From Trypethelium eluteriae (lineage: Eukaryota), in contig JAVECL010000096.1 of assembly GCA_051942245.1 (NCBI GenBank), positions 1 through 54,672 of the forward strand: a stretch of 54,672 nt of DNA, in the 5' to 3' direction. This document shows, piece after piece, positions 27,413-39,562 of this stretch. The translations under genes and the position numbers were made by a program. A model generated the notes under the pieces. That model was not told where the DNA came from. It made no database searches and saw only the letters and a program-made list of their open reading frames with translations. Positions within the stretch are counted from its first letter, which is position 1; each line of letters starts with the position of its first letter.

Positions 27413-28414
27413 ATGCACACAGTAACATCTGTTGTGTGTCTCATACTTTTCTTTTCTGCATCAGTTCGAGCGCTGCCATTTGCGGAGCAGAAGCGTCAAG
27501 CACCAGCGTACTCAGTCGTGCCTGTTGATGGCGGAGCGTCGACAGAACTGCCCAGCACCATTGTGCAAACTCTTCCCGCCAGCACTCAAACGATAGTGTC
27601 GACATCGATTGTAACAGAGTCCGAATCAGAATCCACGATTCTAGTCACCTCGATAACAACTGCTTCACCATCGACCGAGACAGTGGAAACTACGATCACC
27701 ACTGAAGCATCTGAGCCTATTCCAACTGTGCCAGGCTTCACCTACTCGGCGACGGAGACTTCGGTCTCCTCTTTAACTGCAACTGCAACTGACTCGTACA
27801 CAACGTCGTCGATTGTTTATTCAACTGTCACTGAGTCTCCGGCTCCATCAACTACGCAATATTACGACGATGGACTCTGGCACACTTTCTATCCTGTGAA
27901 GACTTTCGCAACACCCTCTGCCTGGAGTGGCACGGTGACGATGGAGAAGCGAGCTGGAACAAATTGGACAGGCTATGCTACTGCGACTCCAGTGTATGCA
28001 AAGCGCGCCGCTACTGGTTATGCTGCTTATGAGGCTGCCAGCCCTGCAGTGCCCACATATGTCAAACGTGCTGCTGCTGGATATGCTCGTCCCGATTCCC
28101 GTGCCTCTGCCATCGGAAAGCGTGGATATGCTGCGCCAACGCTTGCCGCTCGAGTTGTCGCTACCCCACAGTCGTCATCCTTGCCTCTGCTGCAGAAGTA
28201 CGAGAATGGAAAGTGGGAGATCATGTACAGCAAGCCTGTCAATGATACATCTGCATTGCCTGTGCGTAGGTCTGCAGCTACCTATAACAGTGCACCACAA
28301 GAGACTGAAGAGACTTCGCCCTTTATTCCGGCTGTGCCTGTCTCATCGAAGCCTTACCACGTCGTGAGCTATGACTCTCCAAGCTATAACGTTACCAAGC
28401 CATGGAGCTCATGA
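27413..28414 (+). CDS. Secreted Ser/Thr-rich protein with multiple Kex2 (KR) sites
   Basis: ATG at 27413, signal peptide MHTVTSVVCLILFFSASVRA-LP, pro-peptide ending in KR-Q, S/T-rich stalk, YYDDGLWHTFYP, then four further KR sites. Confidence 0.8.
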   Translation: MHTVTSVVCLILFFSASVRALPFAEQKRQAPAYSVVPVDGGASTELPSTIVQTLPASTQTIVSTSIVTESESESTILVTSITTASPSTETVETTITTEASEPIPTVPGFTYSATETSVSSLTATATDSYTTSSIVYSTVTESPAPSTTQYYDDGLWHTFYPVKTFATPSAWSGTVTMEKRAGTNWTGYATATPVYAKRAATGYAAYEAASPAVPTYVKRAAAGYARPDSRASAIGKRGYAAPTLAARVVATPQSSSLPLLQKYENGKWEIMYSKPVNDTSALPVRRSAATYNSAPQETEETSPFIPAVPVSSKPYHVVSYDSPSYNVTKPWSS

Positions 28415-28834
28415 TGAATGGAAACGAACCAATGATGTAGCGCGGACGACGACAAGAAATTGCATTCATGAAGATAATTTGGGATGGATAATGGTTTCTA
28501 CATGTACTTCAGCGAATGCTTGGGTTAAACGGTCATTAGAGGGAATTTGCATGGGATGGAGTTAAAATAATGATCAGAACTTGGGATCAACACGATAGAA
28601 TATTTTTACTGTCATAGACTTCTAATGCTTAAAATACAAAACTTTCGGCTGCCTCTCTCACACACACTCCAATTCTCGAAAATTTCTGATAATTGTCGTA
28701 TGGATAGTTCTCGGTCGTGAGGTTTTGTCCTGAGTGCATCACTGCCCCACGGTTCCCGCGGTGTTCAGCGTGCTCTTGAGCCACTTCTCTTCCTGGCCGC
28801 ACCACCGCGAAAGCATTGAAGCACTACTCTCGCA

Positions 28835-31798
28835 ATGTCGTCGCCGACGCCCGGAGAAGATCAGTCTCGCCTTCTTGAAGATGCCCTGGCTGTCGTGCGC
28901 CAGCAAAGCAGTCTGATGCGGCGGAACCTAGAGACACCAGGCAAGCTTATGGATGCGCTCAAATGCAGGTACGGCGGCGCCAGGACTCACTGAAAGGCAA
29001 TTAAGCAGATAGCACGCTGACGACTCTTCTATCTAGTTCTACACTAGTATCGGAGCTTCGTACAAGCAGTCTGGGACCAAAGCAATATTATGAACTGTAT
29101 ATGTCTGTTTTCGATGCCCTTCGTCATTTATCCGTATATTTGCGCGACAGCCACCCGACGAACCACCTAGCAGACCTCTACGAACTTGTACAATATGCCG
29201 GCAATATCGTCCCTCGCCTTTATCTCATGATCACGGTTGGCACAGTCTACATGGCGATCGAAGACGCTCCTGTCAAGGAGATAATGAAAGACATGATGGA
29301 GATGAGTCGAGGAGTACAACACCCTGTCCGAGGGCTGTTTCTCAGATACTACCTCTCCGGACAGGCAAGAGACCACTTACCCACGGGGAGGGGCGACGGA
29401 CCAGAGGGCAATTTGCAAGACTCAATAAGCTTTGTACTGACAAATTTCGTGGAGATGAATAAGCTTTGGGTCCGGTTGCAGCATCAGGGACACTCGCGAG
29501 AGAGAGAGCAGAGGAGCAAAGAAAGACAAGAGTTGCAATTGCTTGTTGGAAGTAACTTGGTTCGACTGAGTCAGCTTGTAGATCTGGAGACCTACAAGAC
29601 TGTGATACTGGCACCACTGCTTGAACAGGTAGTCCAATGTAGGGACGTCTTGGCTCAGGAATACTTGCTTGAAGGTGGGAGACAACAAACCCTAATTTGA
29701 ATGGTGTGCTAATTTCGGGTTCAGTTATCACCCAAGTATTTCCAGACGAATACCATCTCCACACTTTGGATCAATTCCTCTCAGCTACCGCTCGACTCAA
29801 TCCACAGGTCAACACGAAAGCAATTGTCATCGGACTTATGGATCGACTTTCGGCCTACGCCGCGCGGGAGGCGGAAGCCGAAACGCCTGAGGAAAAGGTT
29901 AAGAATGAGGAGGATGCTACAGTGAAGCTCTTGGAGCGGCTGAAAATACAAAAGGAAGAGAAAGAAGCCAAATCGAAAGCTGCAGAGCAAACGAATGGTG
30001 AAGCGGAGGATGGAGAATCACATAATGAACCACCATCAGAGCCAACACCTGCAGAAACAGAGCCATCAGCCGCCACAGACGGAGCGACTGAAGTCAATGG
30101 GGCTGCGAGTAAAAGACGCAGCATTCCCGAGAATGTCAAGCTGTTCGAGATATTCCACGAGCAAGTCATAAGCTTAGTAAAGATGCAAAGATTACCGATC
30201 CAGGATATTACTGCTCTTCTTGTGTCACTAGCAAATCTTGCCTTGTAAGTACCCATGAAGCCCGATCCTTCCGTCTTCAATTACTAATGACTTCAGAAAC
30301 ATCTACCCTGAACGCCTCGATTACGTCGACCAAGTTTTCTCGTTCGCTAATGAGAAGGTCTCACAATTTGCTAATAGTGCCGACCTGCATTCCCAAGCTT
30401 CTCAGACAAATCTTCTCAATTTAATACTTGCCCCTGTTCGATCCTATGTTTCTCTTTTCACAGCAATGGCGCTGCCAAACTTCACCTCTCTTTTGCACTC
30501 TCAAACCTACCCAACTCGGCGAGCGGTCGCAGGCGAGATCTCGAAGAGTATACTACGTAATCAGACAGAAATCTCAACACCAGAAAACCTTGAGGGCGTC
30601 TTGGAAATATTGAAAGTTTTGATTAAGGAGGGTACTCAGCAACAAGGTGGCTATCCGGGAGGACCTGCAAGTAGGAGAGTGGTGGAGACCGAGGAAACAA
30701 TAGAAGAGCAAGGGTGGCTTGCGCGGATTGTGCATCTCATCAAAAGCTCCGACAACGAAACCCAATTCAAGGTATGCTCAGCGACTACAAGTCGGGCGTG
30801 TTTAAGCTTATCAATATATCCAGCTCCTTCAGACTGCTCGCCGCGCATTAGCGGACGGCAACGAACGTATCAGATACACCAGCCCGGCTCTTGTCACGTC
30901 CTCGCTCCGTCTTGCTCGTCGGTACAAAGCTCGTGAACACTTTGACAACACAGACTATGCCTCGGCATCTTCTTCCCTCTTTAAATTCATTCACTCGCTC
31001 CTATCATCCCTATATACACGAGTCCCGAATAGCGCCGACCTCTCCCTCCGTCTTTTCATCTCAGCAGGTTCAATTGCAGATCAATGTAATCTTGAAGAAG
31101 TCGCCTACGAGTTTTTTGCGCAGGCTTTTACTGTGTACGAAGAAGCAATCAGCGATTCAAGAGCCCAGTTTCAGGCTGTCTGTTGCATTGCAGGTGCTCT
31201 ACATGGCACGCGAAACTTTGGAAGGGAAAACTACGATACCTTGATCACGAAAGCGGCACTGCACGGCAGCAAGCTGTTGAAGAAGCCGGACCAGTGTCGT
31301 GCTGTCTACTTGGCGAGTCATCTTTGGTGGGGAAGGGACAGGAGGGAGGAGGAAGAGCCAAAAGAGGAAGAAGCAAAAGAGGTGAGTTGAGCCCTGAGAT
31401 TGCGCTTGCTCGCGCGCTGACCATATGCAGCCATACCGGGATGGCAAGCGCGTCCTGGAATGCCTGCAACGTGCATTGCGAGTCGCAGATGCCTGTATGG
31501 ATACAGCGGTATCAGTCGAGCTCTTTGTCGAGATTTTGAATCGCTACGTGTACTACTTTGACCAGGAAAATGAAGCGGTTAGTCAAACCGTCACTCTAGC
31601 CGTGGATTTGAGGGGTTAGAGACTAACAGAAGCCAGGTCACGACGAAATATCTTAACGGTCTCATTGAACTCATTCATTCCAACCTCAATACCAACGAGA
31701 ACGCAGGTGCACTCGATAATCCGCGCCGGCATTTCGACCGAACATTGGAGTACATAGCTTCAAGAGAGTATGAAGGGGTTGAAACGAAACCCAAGTAA
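28835..31798 (+). CDS. VPS35: Retromer subunit Vps35
   Basis: Seven exons; introns 28969-29036, 29675-29724, 30245-30296, 30772-30823, 31382-31430, 31578-31636. Motifs [82 protein letters not shown]. Confidence 0.97.
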
Positions 31799-32319
31799 AT
31801 GCCACATGGTAATTTCATTCACACCCCTGTGCTATGCTTCTTGGACTGGTCGAGACATCTCATGCTTGTTTTTCAGACCCCCTGTACATTTATTTGTTCT
31901 CTGTTAGAGTCCAGTTCTGCTTGCAAAAGGCAATTTGAGCGAATCGCCGTTTTCTGCATCAGTCACTAGTCGAAATTATTTCCATCCATCCATTCTAACA
32001 GGCCTCATTCACCGCCCTGACGTCAGGCGGCAGAACTCGGTTCTCCATCCCCTACCCCACATCTGAGGAGAGCTTTAGGGAACGAGGGGCGAGCCTCTCT
32101 GGACCGCTAATACCTAAATGATTTGAGTTACGAAGAGCAAGTCTGTCTAAGCCAAGCTTTGAGTTAAATTAGACAAGCCTCTGGCGTAACTTTGAACTAT
32201 ATATCTTCATTGGCCCGTCGTCTCCGCATCGGCTTCTATCTTCATGATTGAATTGCCTCCTTCCCCTCAAGACTTCTGACATATCAGGATTCTGGCTGAC
32301 ATTTAAATACGACGCAAGG

Positions 32320-34196
32320 ATGGCTTCGAACGCAGTGAATGGTGGAAGCCATACCGTCCCTTTCACCGTACGGTACTCTCAAAAGCTAGATACTTGTTCC
32401 CCTTATCTGACTGAATCGCCTCTAGCTCAAAGATCGGTCACTCCTCCATCAACAATCCTATGTGAATGGGAACTGGGTGGAATCCAAATCCGGCAAACGC
32501 TTTGATATCATCGGTACGCTCGCGCTATCTTCACCTTTTCCACGCTCATCTTCTAGGCCTCTCTGCTAATTGAGTATCTAGATCCTGGCAGCGGCAAACC
32601 CTTCGCATCGTGTCCCATTAATGACGTTGCGGACGCCGAATCCGCACTCCAGAGCTCATACGATGCATTCCAAGTGTACAAGAAATGGACACCCAGACAG
32701 CGAGCACAGACACTCATGAAATGGCATGAGCTATGTGTGGCAGCAAAGGAAGATCTCGGTTTGTCCGACTCCCTCATTATCCCCTTTTCCATTTCCCAAT
32801 CTCCCCAGTAAATTATATTTCTATTTATGCCATTCCCATCCTGCGTCTAACACTCTCCCCCCCTTCCAGCCCAAATCGTCACCTACGAAACCGGCAAACC
32901 CATCTATGAAGCCCTTGGCGAGCTGGACTACGCTCTCGGCTTCACCTGGTGGTTCTCCGGCGAAGCAGACCGCATCCAAGGCAGCGTGTTCGCGCCCTCC
33001 GCCCCCAACCGGCGCATCCTCACCATCAAGCAACCCATCGGCGTCGCCGTCGCCCTCGTCCCCTGGAACTTCCCTATCGCGATGGTGCTGCGCAAAGCCG
33101 GCGCGGCGCTCGCGGCGGGGTGCACCATGCTGGTGAAGCCCAGCCCGGAGACGCCACTCAGCGTGCTGGCGCTCGCCGACCTCGCCAGCCGCGCCGGCTT
33201 CCCGCCGGGTGCGCTGAACGTCCTCACCACCGATCTGGACGCGACGCCGCGGCTCAGCGAGTCGCTGTGCACGCATCGCTTGACGGCGAAGGTCAGCTTC
33301 ACGGGGAGCACGGGCGTCGGCCGCCTCGTCGCTAAGCACTGCGCTGTTTCGGGCCCGAAGAAGTGCACGCTCGAGCTCGGTGGTAATTGTCCGTTTGTCG
33401 TGTTTGACGATGCGGATTTGGAGAAGGCGCTTGCGCAGCTGATGGCGCTGAAGTGGCGCCATGCGGGGCAGGCGTGTATTACGGCGAATCGGGTGTATGT
33501 GCAGCGAGGCGTGCTGCAGAAGTTCGAGCAGATGCTTGTCGCGAAGACGAAGGGGCTGAAGGTTGGGCATGGCGCGACGGATGGGACGGCGATGGGGCCA
33601 TTGACGACAGATCGTGGGGTGGAGAAGGTGGCAAAGCAGGTCGATGATGCGAGGTCCCGTGGCGCACGTATCCTCATGGGCGGCAACAAAGGGACAGGTG
33701 CAGATGGGGACGCCAAGACCGCGAATGGATACTTTTACGAGCCGACGGTCATCAGCGACACCAGACCAGACATGCTGGTGAGTCGGGAGGAGACCTTCGG
33801 TCCGTTGTGCGCGCTGTATGCGTTCGATAGCGAGGAGGAAGCGACTAGTTGGGCCAATGATACGAGTATGGGGCTCGCAAGTTATGTCTTTACGCAGGAT
33901 GTGGATCGGTTGTGGAGGATGTTTGAGAATCTGGAGGCGGGCATGATTGGCTTGAATACTGGTAAGCCCTCTTCCCTTCATTTTTGCTTTCCTGCCTCTC
34001 GTTCCTCTCCCGGCTAGCATCGACGTGTGAGTTCTCAAGCGAGCTAATTGGGAATGTAGGGAACCAATCTGCAGCTGAGAGCCCATTTGGTGGTATTAAG
34101 GATTCGGGGTATGGGAAGGAGTCTGGGAAAGATGTTGCGGTATCCGAGTACCTAGTCACGAAGACCGGGACATTGACTTTGGGCGGGCATTTCTGA
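32320..34196 (+). CDS. Succinate-semialdehyde dehydrogenase (ALDH family, GabD/Uga2-like)
   Basis: Exons 32320-32367, 32426-32513, 32582-32758, 32870-33961, 34060-34196. ETGKP, PWNFP, KPSPETP, SFTGSTGVG, LELGGN, catalytic AGQACI, EETFGP, ESPFGGIKDSGYGKE. Confidence 0.9.
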
Positions 34197-35148
34197 AAAA
34201 TTTGATATCCACTTGGGCTTGCATCTCCTTCAGACTGACTGAATGAATCGTGAGTTGGGCCCACTCTGATTGGCTGTATATTACTACCGGTGTAGCAATT
34301 TCTATTTAGATACATTGAAGCTTCCTTAAGGTTATGTTTATTCTATTCTCACAATCACAGCGATGCATTGCCTGGAGAATTGCTTATACTCAAGACATTG
34401 AATTGATTATGATGATAGTTGTGTGTTGGAGATTACACAATCAGGACATCCGTTCGATGCCTGTTCCTAAGCTCGACTCGCCCAAACTCATCCGTACCAC
34501 ACACGCAAAGAGACCGAACTTTTGTCTTCATCCCAGATCTAAGTCTAGTCGGACCAGGTACACTTCTTTCCCCCTCTGCACCGGAAAATGGAACGAAGCC
34601 CACCTGGTATCACAGAGAAATTTTTGGAACAGCAATAAACCAAGACAGAAAGAAGAAAAAGAAAGAAAGAAAAGACATAGACAAGGCAAGGCAAGGAGAA
34701 ACATTCGATGTCGATCAAAAAAAAGTGTATTGATAGGCGAACGTTAATCGTCTGATAGGAGGATGGGTCCAGTGTGCACGAACGGCACGAAAGACAATCA
34801 AAACAACAGTACAGAACGCATACACAACAAGGAAGCAAGAAGCAAACGCACAACTGGGTATCCGAGACTCCCCTACACTCAAAACTCGAAAAGACCAGAC
34901 TTTTGCGCCAAGTTCGGGGCTTCACCGGAATGAAAGTCCTCCGAATCATTCAGCCGATAACGGCTGCCGTAGCTCGTAAAATCGTAAATGAAGGCGAGAT
35001 GAGTGGTGGCAGGAGAAAGGAGGACATGAGCCGGACCCGCGACTCGATCCCCATAGGCTGAGCGAGCGGAGGAGGCAGTGAGGGGATAAGGGGACGGGCT
35101 ATGAGACATGTTCATCTGAGGGTCTCGTGATGTGGCGGAACGGCATAC

Positions 35149-37427
35149 TTAGGTCTGCAGAGCAACAGACTCAAGCCCACGGTCACTTCGGCGTCGGCGG
35201 GGCGGCGTGATGAGGGAGTCGCCTACAGAGTCGTGACCTTGGCGATACGCATTGGCGAGATCTGCAGCGCTGCGGAGCGAAGGGTGCTCTGGCATCCGCG
35301 ACACCTGTTGAGCACGGTCTGAATTTCGACGAAACGAGGTGATGGTGTTGCTATCGTAACCTTCGAACCAGGCGTCACTGCTGGCAAGTCGATCCGCCTC
35401 TGCCTGCTCTTGTTCGCTGGTGCTGGGACTCTCCACGGCGAATTCAGTCTCCATCTCTTCGTAGTCAGAATTCTCATCACTGTAGCTGATAAAATTGTTA
35501 ATATCGATGTCCATTTCTCCGTCGTCAAGTTCGAACCCGTCCAAGTCCAGAGAGTCAAGTTGATCCTGGGTTACAGTGCCGTCTGGCTCAACACTATAGA
35601 ATGGAAAGAAGGCTTCGAAGGGCCCGACTGGCTGATTTGGAACCGCAACATTCGATTCGTCCTCGACCAAATTGTTGAAAGTCATGTTCATTGACTCTGC
35701 AGGGGTATTTGGTGTTTGAGGGAAAGGCATAAAAACATCGGGATTTTGCTTAAGTTTGCCACTAATGCAGTTTAGATCCGAGTTGCAACTGCATTTTGGC
35801 TCCCCCATATTGTACATTAAAGTCTTTTGACCCGTCCAATCAGTCATAGCAACACGCTGATGAATACTGACACGAAAGGTCCCACGAGGCGGTAACTTCG
35901 GAGGAGGGCGTGCAGACGATTCACTTTCACTTCCACTTCCGGGAGACCCAGCAGTATGCGTCATTTGACGGTTCGCTCGTTGTTGGCGCCGGGACGGACT
36001 GAGTGACTCGTGAAGAAGGGAACGTGGTCGGCTGATGGTTTCAAGGACAAATGTGTCTTCCTCAGTGGTTTCACCATCATCGGTCGAAGTATCAGCTGAA
36101 TAATAAATTAGCTTAACAACGCATTTTTAGATGCGTGACTTAGCATACACTCGTAACCGCTTGACCCAGGCGACTTGCCTGGAGCATCAGACCTGTGGGC
36201 ATTGGCAGGTTGATAAGTACCGTCGGTGACATCCCAGAAAGAGCCGTCACTACCGACCGGGCTGGGGAAGCCTCGGAAAGGATCATTGGCGCCGAGGGGA
36301 CCTCGAGGGAAAGGTGGTACATCAAGGTTGTCTTGTGAGAGGAGGATGTCCGGATAGTCGCGCCTAATCTCCGAGGAGCTAGTTGAGCTAGCTTTGCTGC
36401 TCACTTGGACTTGATCCTCAAAGCGCACTTTCCGAGCGCTGCCAGTCGAGTCCTTTCTCGGGTGAGACTGATGATCATCTGCTTGTGAGGACAATGGCGC
36501 GTTGCTGGACCCTTCAAGATTGGCTATACCAGTAAGGTCTGTTCCCAAGAAGTCGAAAATCGTATCAGGTCTCGGTAGCGCTTTGTGGATATCGAGGTCG
36601 GAGTCAAAGTCCGACTCGGAAGCTGCAGACGCGGCTTCGATATCAAGTGTCTCAATGAGCCTGATATGCCGAGCCTCGTCAGTGTCACTAATAGCATCAA
36701 GGCCATCGTAATTATCATCATCCACAAAAGCATCATCATCCTCGCACTGGGTGGCACGTTGTAACATCTCGATGTCTTCGTCATAACCATCGTCGTTTAC
36801 GTTCTCGGTATGGGAGATAGCGTGTGCGATAGTCGAGTCGTTGCTGACTGCATCCTCACGAACCTTTTTGCAAGGCGTTTCGCCGTCGTCCAATGGGTTC
36901 GACGAGTCATATTCGCTAGGGATGGATCGAGCGAGTTGACTGAACGTCCGCTTCTTGCCTGACGAAGATTGCAGATGATTTGGAAGTGAGTCATGTCGGA
37001 AACCCGTCCCATGCTCTTGTTCAGCCACGAACTGGAGAGCATTCTGCAAACCTGCAGTCGCAGTTTGAGCTCTGCTCAGATTGGTATATGCCTGGTCCAA
37101 ATTATTGCTATGGAGCGGGGCGTTGACTTCTGGCTCTTCATCAACTTCCTGGTCTGGATCGGAATCACCGTCGTCCTCATCCTCGTCCTCATCGTCCGCC
37201 TCAATACTGGCGTCGTCATCGCGCGAATTGTGGACCGATTTTGTATCTTCCAATGTAGAATCCGTGGTGGTTGGCTCTTTCGCGCGGATTGTCTTGAGAG
37301 ACGGGGGCCTTTTCCCTTTACGAGGCGATGAGTCTCCTATATCATGCGATCTGAGAGGGCGGCTGTCACGTGAAGAAAGCGTAAAGGCGGATGCGCCATT
37401 CGGGAAGGTTGCTGCGTGGGACGACAT
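35149..37427 (-). CDS. Acidic low-complexity nuclear protein, possibly Ifh1/Crf1-like
   Basis: First ATG at 37427; intron 36096-36148 (GTATGC..GCTAAT..CAG) joins ORFs 36108..37562 and 35149..35964 in frame to give SSGYESDTSTDDGETTEED. Also RKVRF and a C-terminal ITPPRRRR. Confidence 0.7.
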
Positions 37428-39562
37428 TGAAAACGGTCGTAACAGGTGTGGGCGAGTGCCGTAAAAAAAAGTGGGTCCGGTTGGAAAGTCTATTTTTGAG
37501 GAGGACTGAGGGGTAATTTGATGCGAAAGGAAGCGAGGGACGGGTGAGTGAGTGGGATGCAAGATCGATGAGTCTTCTGGTGTTCTGGTCTAGGCTCGAA
37601 AGGGCGTTGACCCTTAAGGAGGTAGAGATCGAGCCTCTTCTTCGTCGCCGTGTCGGATACCTAGTCAGGTAGACGGATGAAACACTGCTTGGATAATTGG
37701 GACTCCGAGGATACTTCAGAGCGCCGATTCTTTCAGGAGCGTGAACTGGACAGACTGCTAGAAGGCGAGTGCTTCGTGCAGTCGAAAGAATTTATATCGT
37801 CGTAGGAATCTTGGAAACTCGGTGAACTGACCAGACTGGAGGACCCCCAAGGCTGAGGGTCCTCCAGTGGGACTTTACAGCTCACAGACGGCCGGAGGCA
37901 TGTTTCTCGACGAAGAGTGGAAAGGGAGTATTTGATGAGTCTGTATGCGTTGTAGTGCGACTTCTTCGTCTTTGGGTGAGTGGTATGGTGGAGAGGAAGA
38001 GGGAGAAGAGAGTGGGCGGGCGCGCAAAAGTTCAAGGTTGCTTTGCTCGACAGCAGACACGCTAGTGCGATGGTGGGGCATTGCATCGCTCTGATTCGCC
38101 CGTCCACACCGACTTCCCGCAAAGCAAGAGCGATGATGCATTTGCTCCAGTGCCTCCCGCGGCTCAGTGGCTCCTTCCTCGACACAAAACCCCAGACAGG
38201 AACCCAAGCACGAGAGCATCTACAATAACCCTCATCCCCTTTCCTGTTTATCCTTGGGCCTCTGAGTCTCTGACCATGCCTTGCAGGCTGTGAACATGTA
38301 TTGAAGCTCTTCGTCATCTTGATGTATGGCCAACCGACTTAGGCATCCTCAGGCACGATCGTACTTTTTTTTCTCTGGCACCGGGCGACGTGAGAAACAC
38401 CAACACCCCCTTCACCAATCGCCTGCTCAAGGCGAGACCTTTCCAAGCATACCCCTGCCTCTACTACTTCATCTGACCATCATGATCGAAGCCATCGTCT
38501 AGTGGCGCCTCCACCATGTCGGACTTCCTTACTGGGGTCTCCCACCCTAGTCTCTCGTAAAACCTACTGCTATGCCAAGCCGTTTGTGATTGTAATGATT
38601 GACGGGAAACCAAGGCAAGAGATTGCCTGCTCAAGGGACTCTCGACACCGGGGAGAGAATGAGATCAGGCGTCCAGTTACACGACGCCTCAAGCCCCTGA
38701 GTTGCCATTCGACAACTCATCCAGATTCCCCGAAAGCGGCGGTGTGCTGACGCTTGCATGAGTCGTTTGCAAACCGCCGCACTATTCCATGCGGCCCGTC
38801 GCGGCTGCGGTAGTATACATCATGTACGTTCCTCCTTACCCCGGCTTCTCCTTGCTGCTATCCCTCATTTCTACCGGCAAATCAGTCTTGGCTGCAGGTG
38901 AGATGGATTGAAGCTGTGGGTCAGCGCTATGATGCCACACCGTAAATGACGTCTTTAGCAAAGAGGGACATGAGCACAACACATCAAGTTGAAGCAATCT
39001 GCGATGCACATAGGCATACCGTTAGATAGGTAGGTACCTTAGCAAATCGGGCGAGGGGCAGATGAGGAGGCTGGCCGACAATCTGCGGATAAAAAGCTTG
39101 GCTGGCCGACGGAGGAAAAGATTTCTCGGCCGAGGGGTAGATCTTGAGATCTTACAGTTCGATGGAGCGCTTCTTAAAATACGGAGTACGGCAGTCATTA
39201 TACAAATAATGTGACCGGATCTAAGAAGCTTAAATGCGAATTCAGCCTGGAACGAAAGCATCAAAGACCGCAGATCTCTGCGTTGCCCCATAGTGTGGGG
39301 AAATGGGGCTTCTAATGCACGACATCTTACTCCGTATACTCTACGTCAGACGCTGGGCCCAAAAGAGAGATTTTTTTCTTCCAATCGTACTGTAAGTCAT
39401 GAAGTGGGACCTGGCCTCGGATAATTTGAAGTGGTGCACAATTGAGAGAATGGACGGTTCGTAAGGAGGTGTGAAAGCGTAGACAAGTTTTTTTTGATGA
39501 ACACCCCCATTGAATCAATCTGGTATTCAACTATAGCGTATCACCAACACGAGGCAAAGATA

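Noticed and set aside
32821..34086. 421-aa and 262-aa antisense ORFs over the SSADH gene
   Set aside because: Shadow ORFs expected from the very high GC3 of the sense gene; no recognisable motifs.
34879..35151. In-frame 89-codon continuation, and a donor-like GTATGC, after the TAA of the Ifh1-like gene
   Set aside because: TAA-G is a tight stop context, the extension looks like 3'UTR, and the nearest AG would give a 33-nt intron with no branch site.
37733..38317. 194-aa ORF upstream of the Ifh1-like gene
   Set aside because: Composition is not protein-like; more likely leader or promoter sequence.
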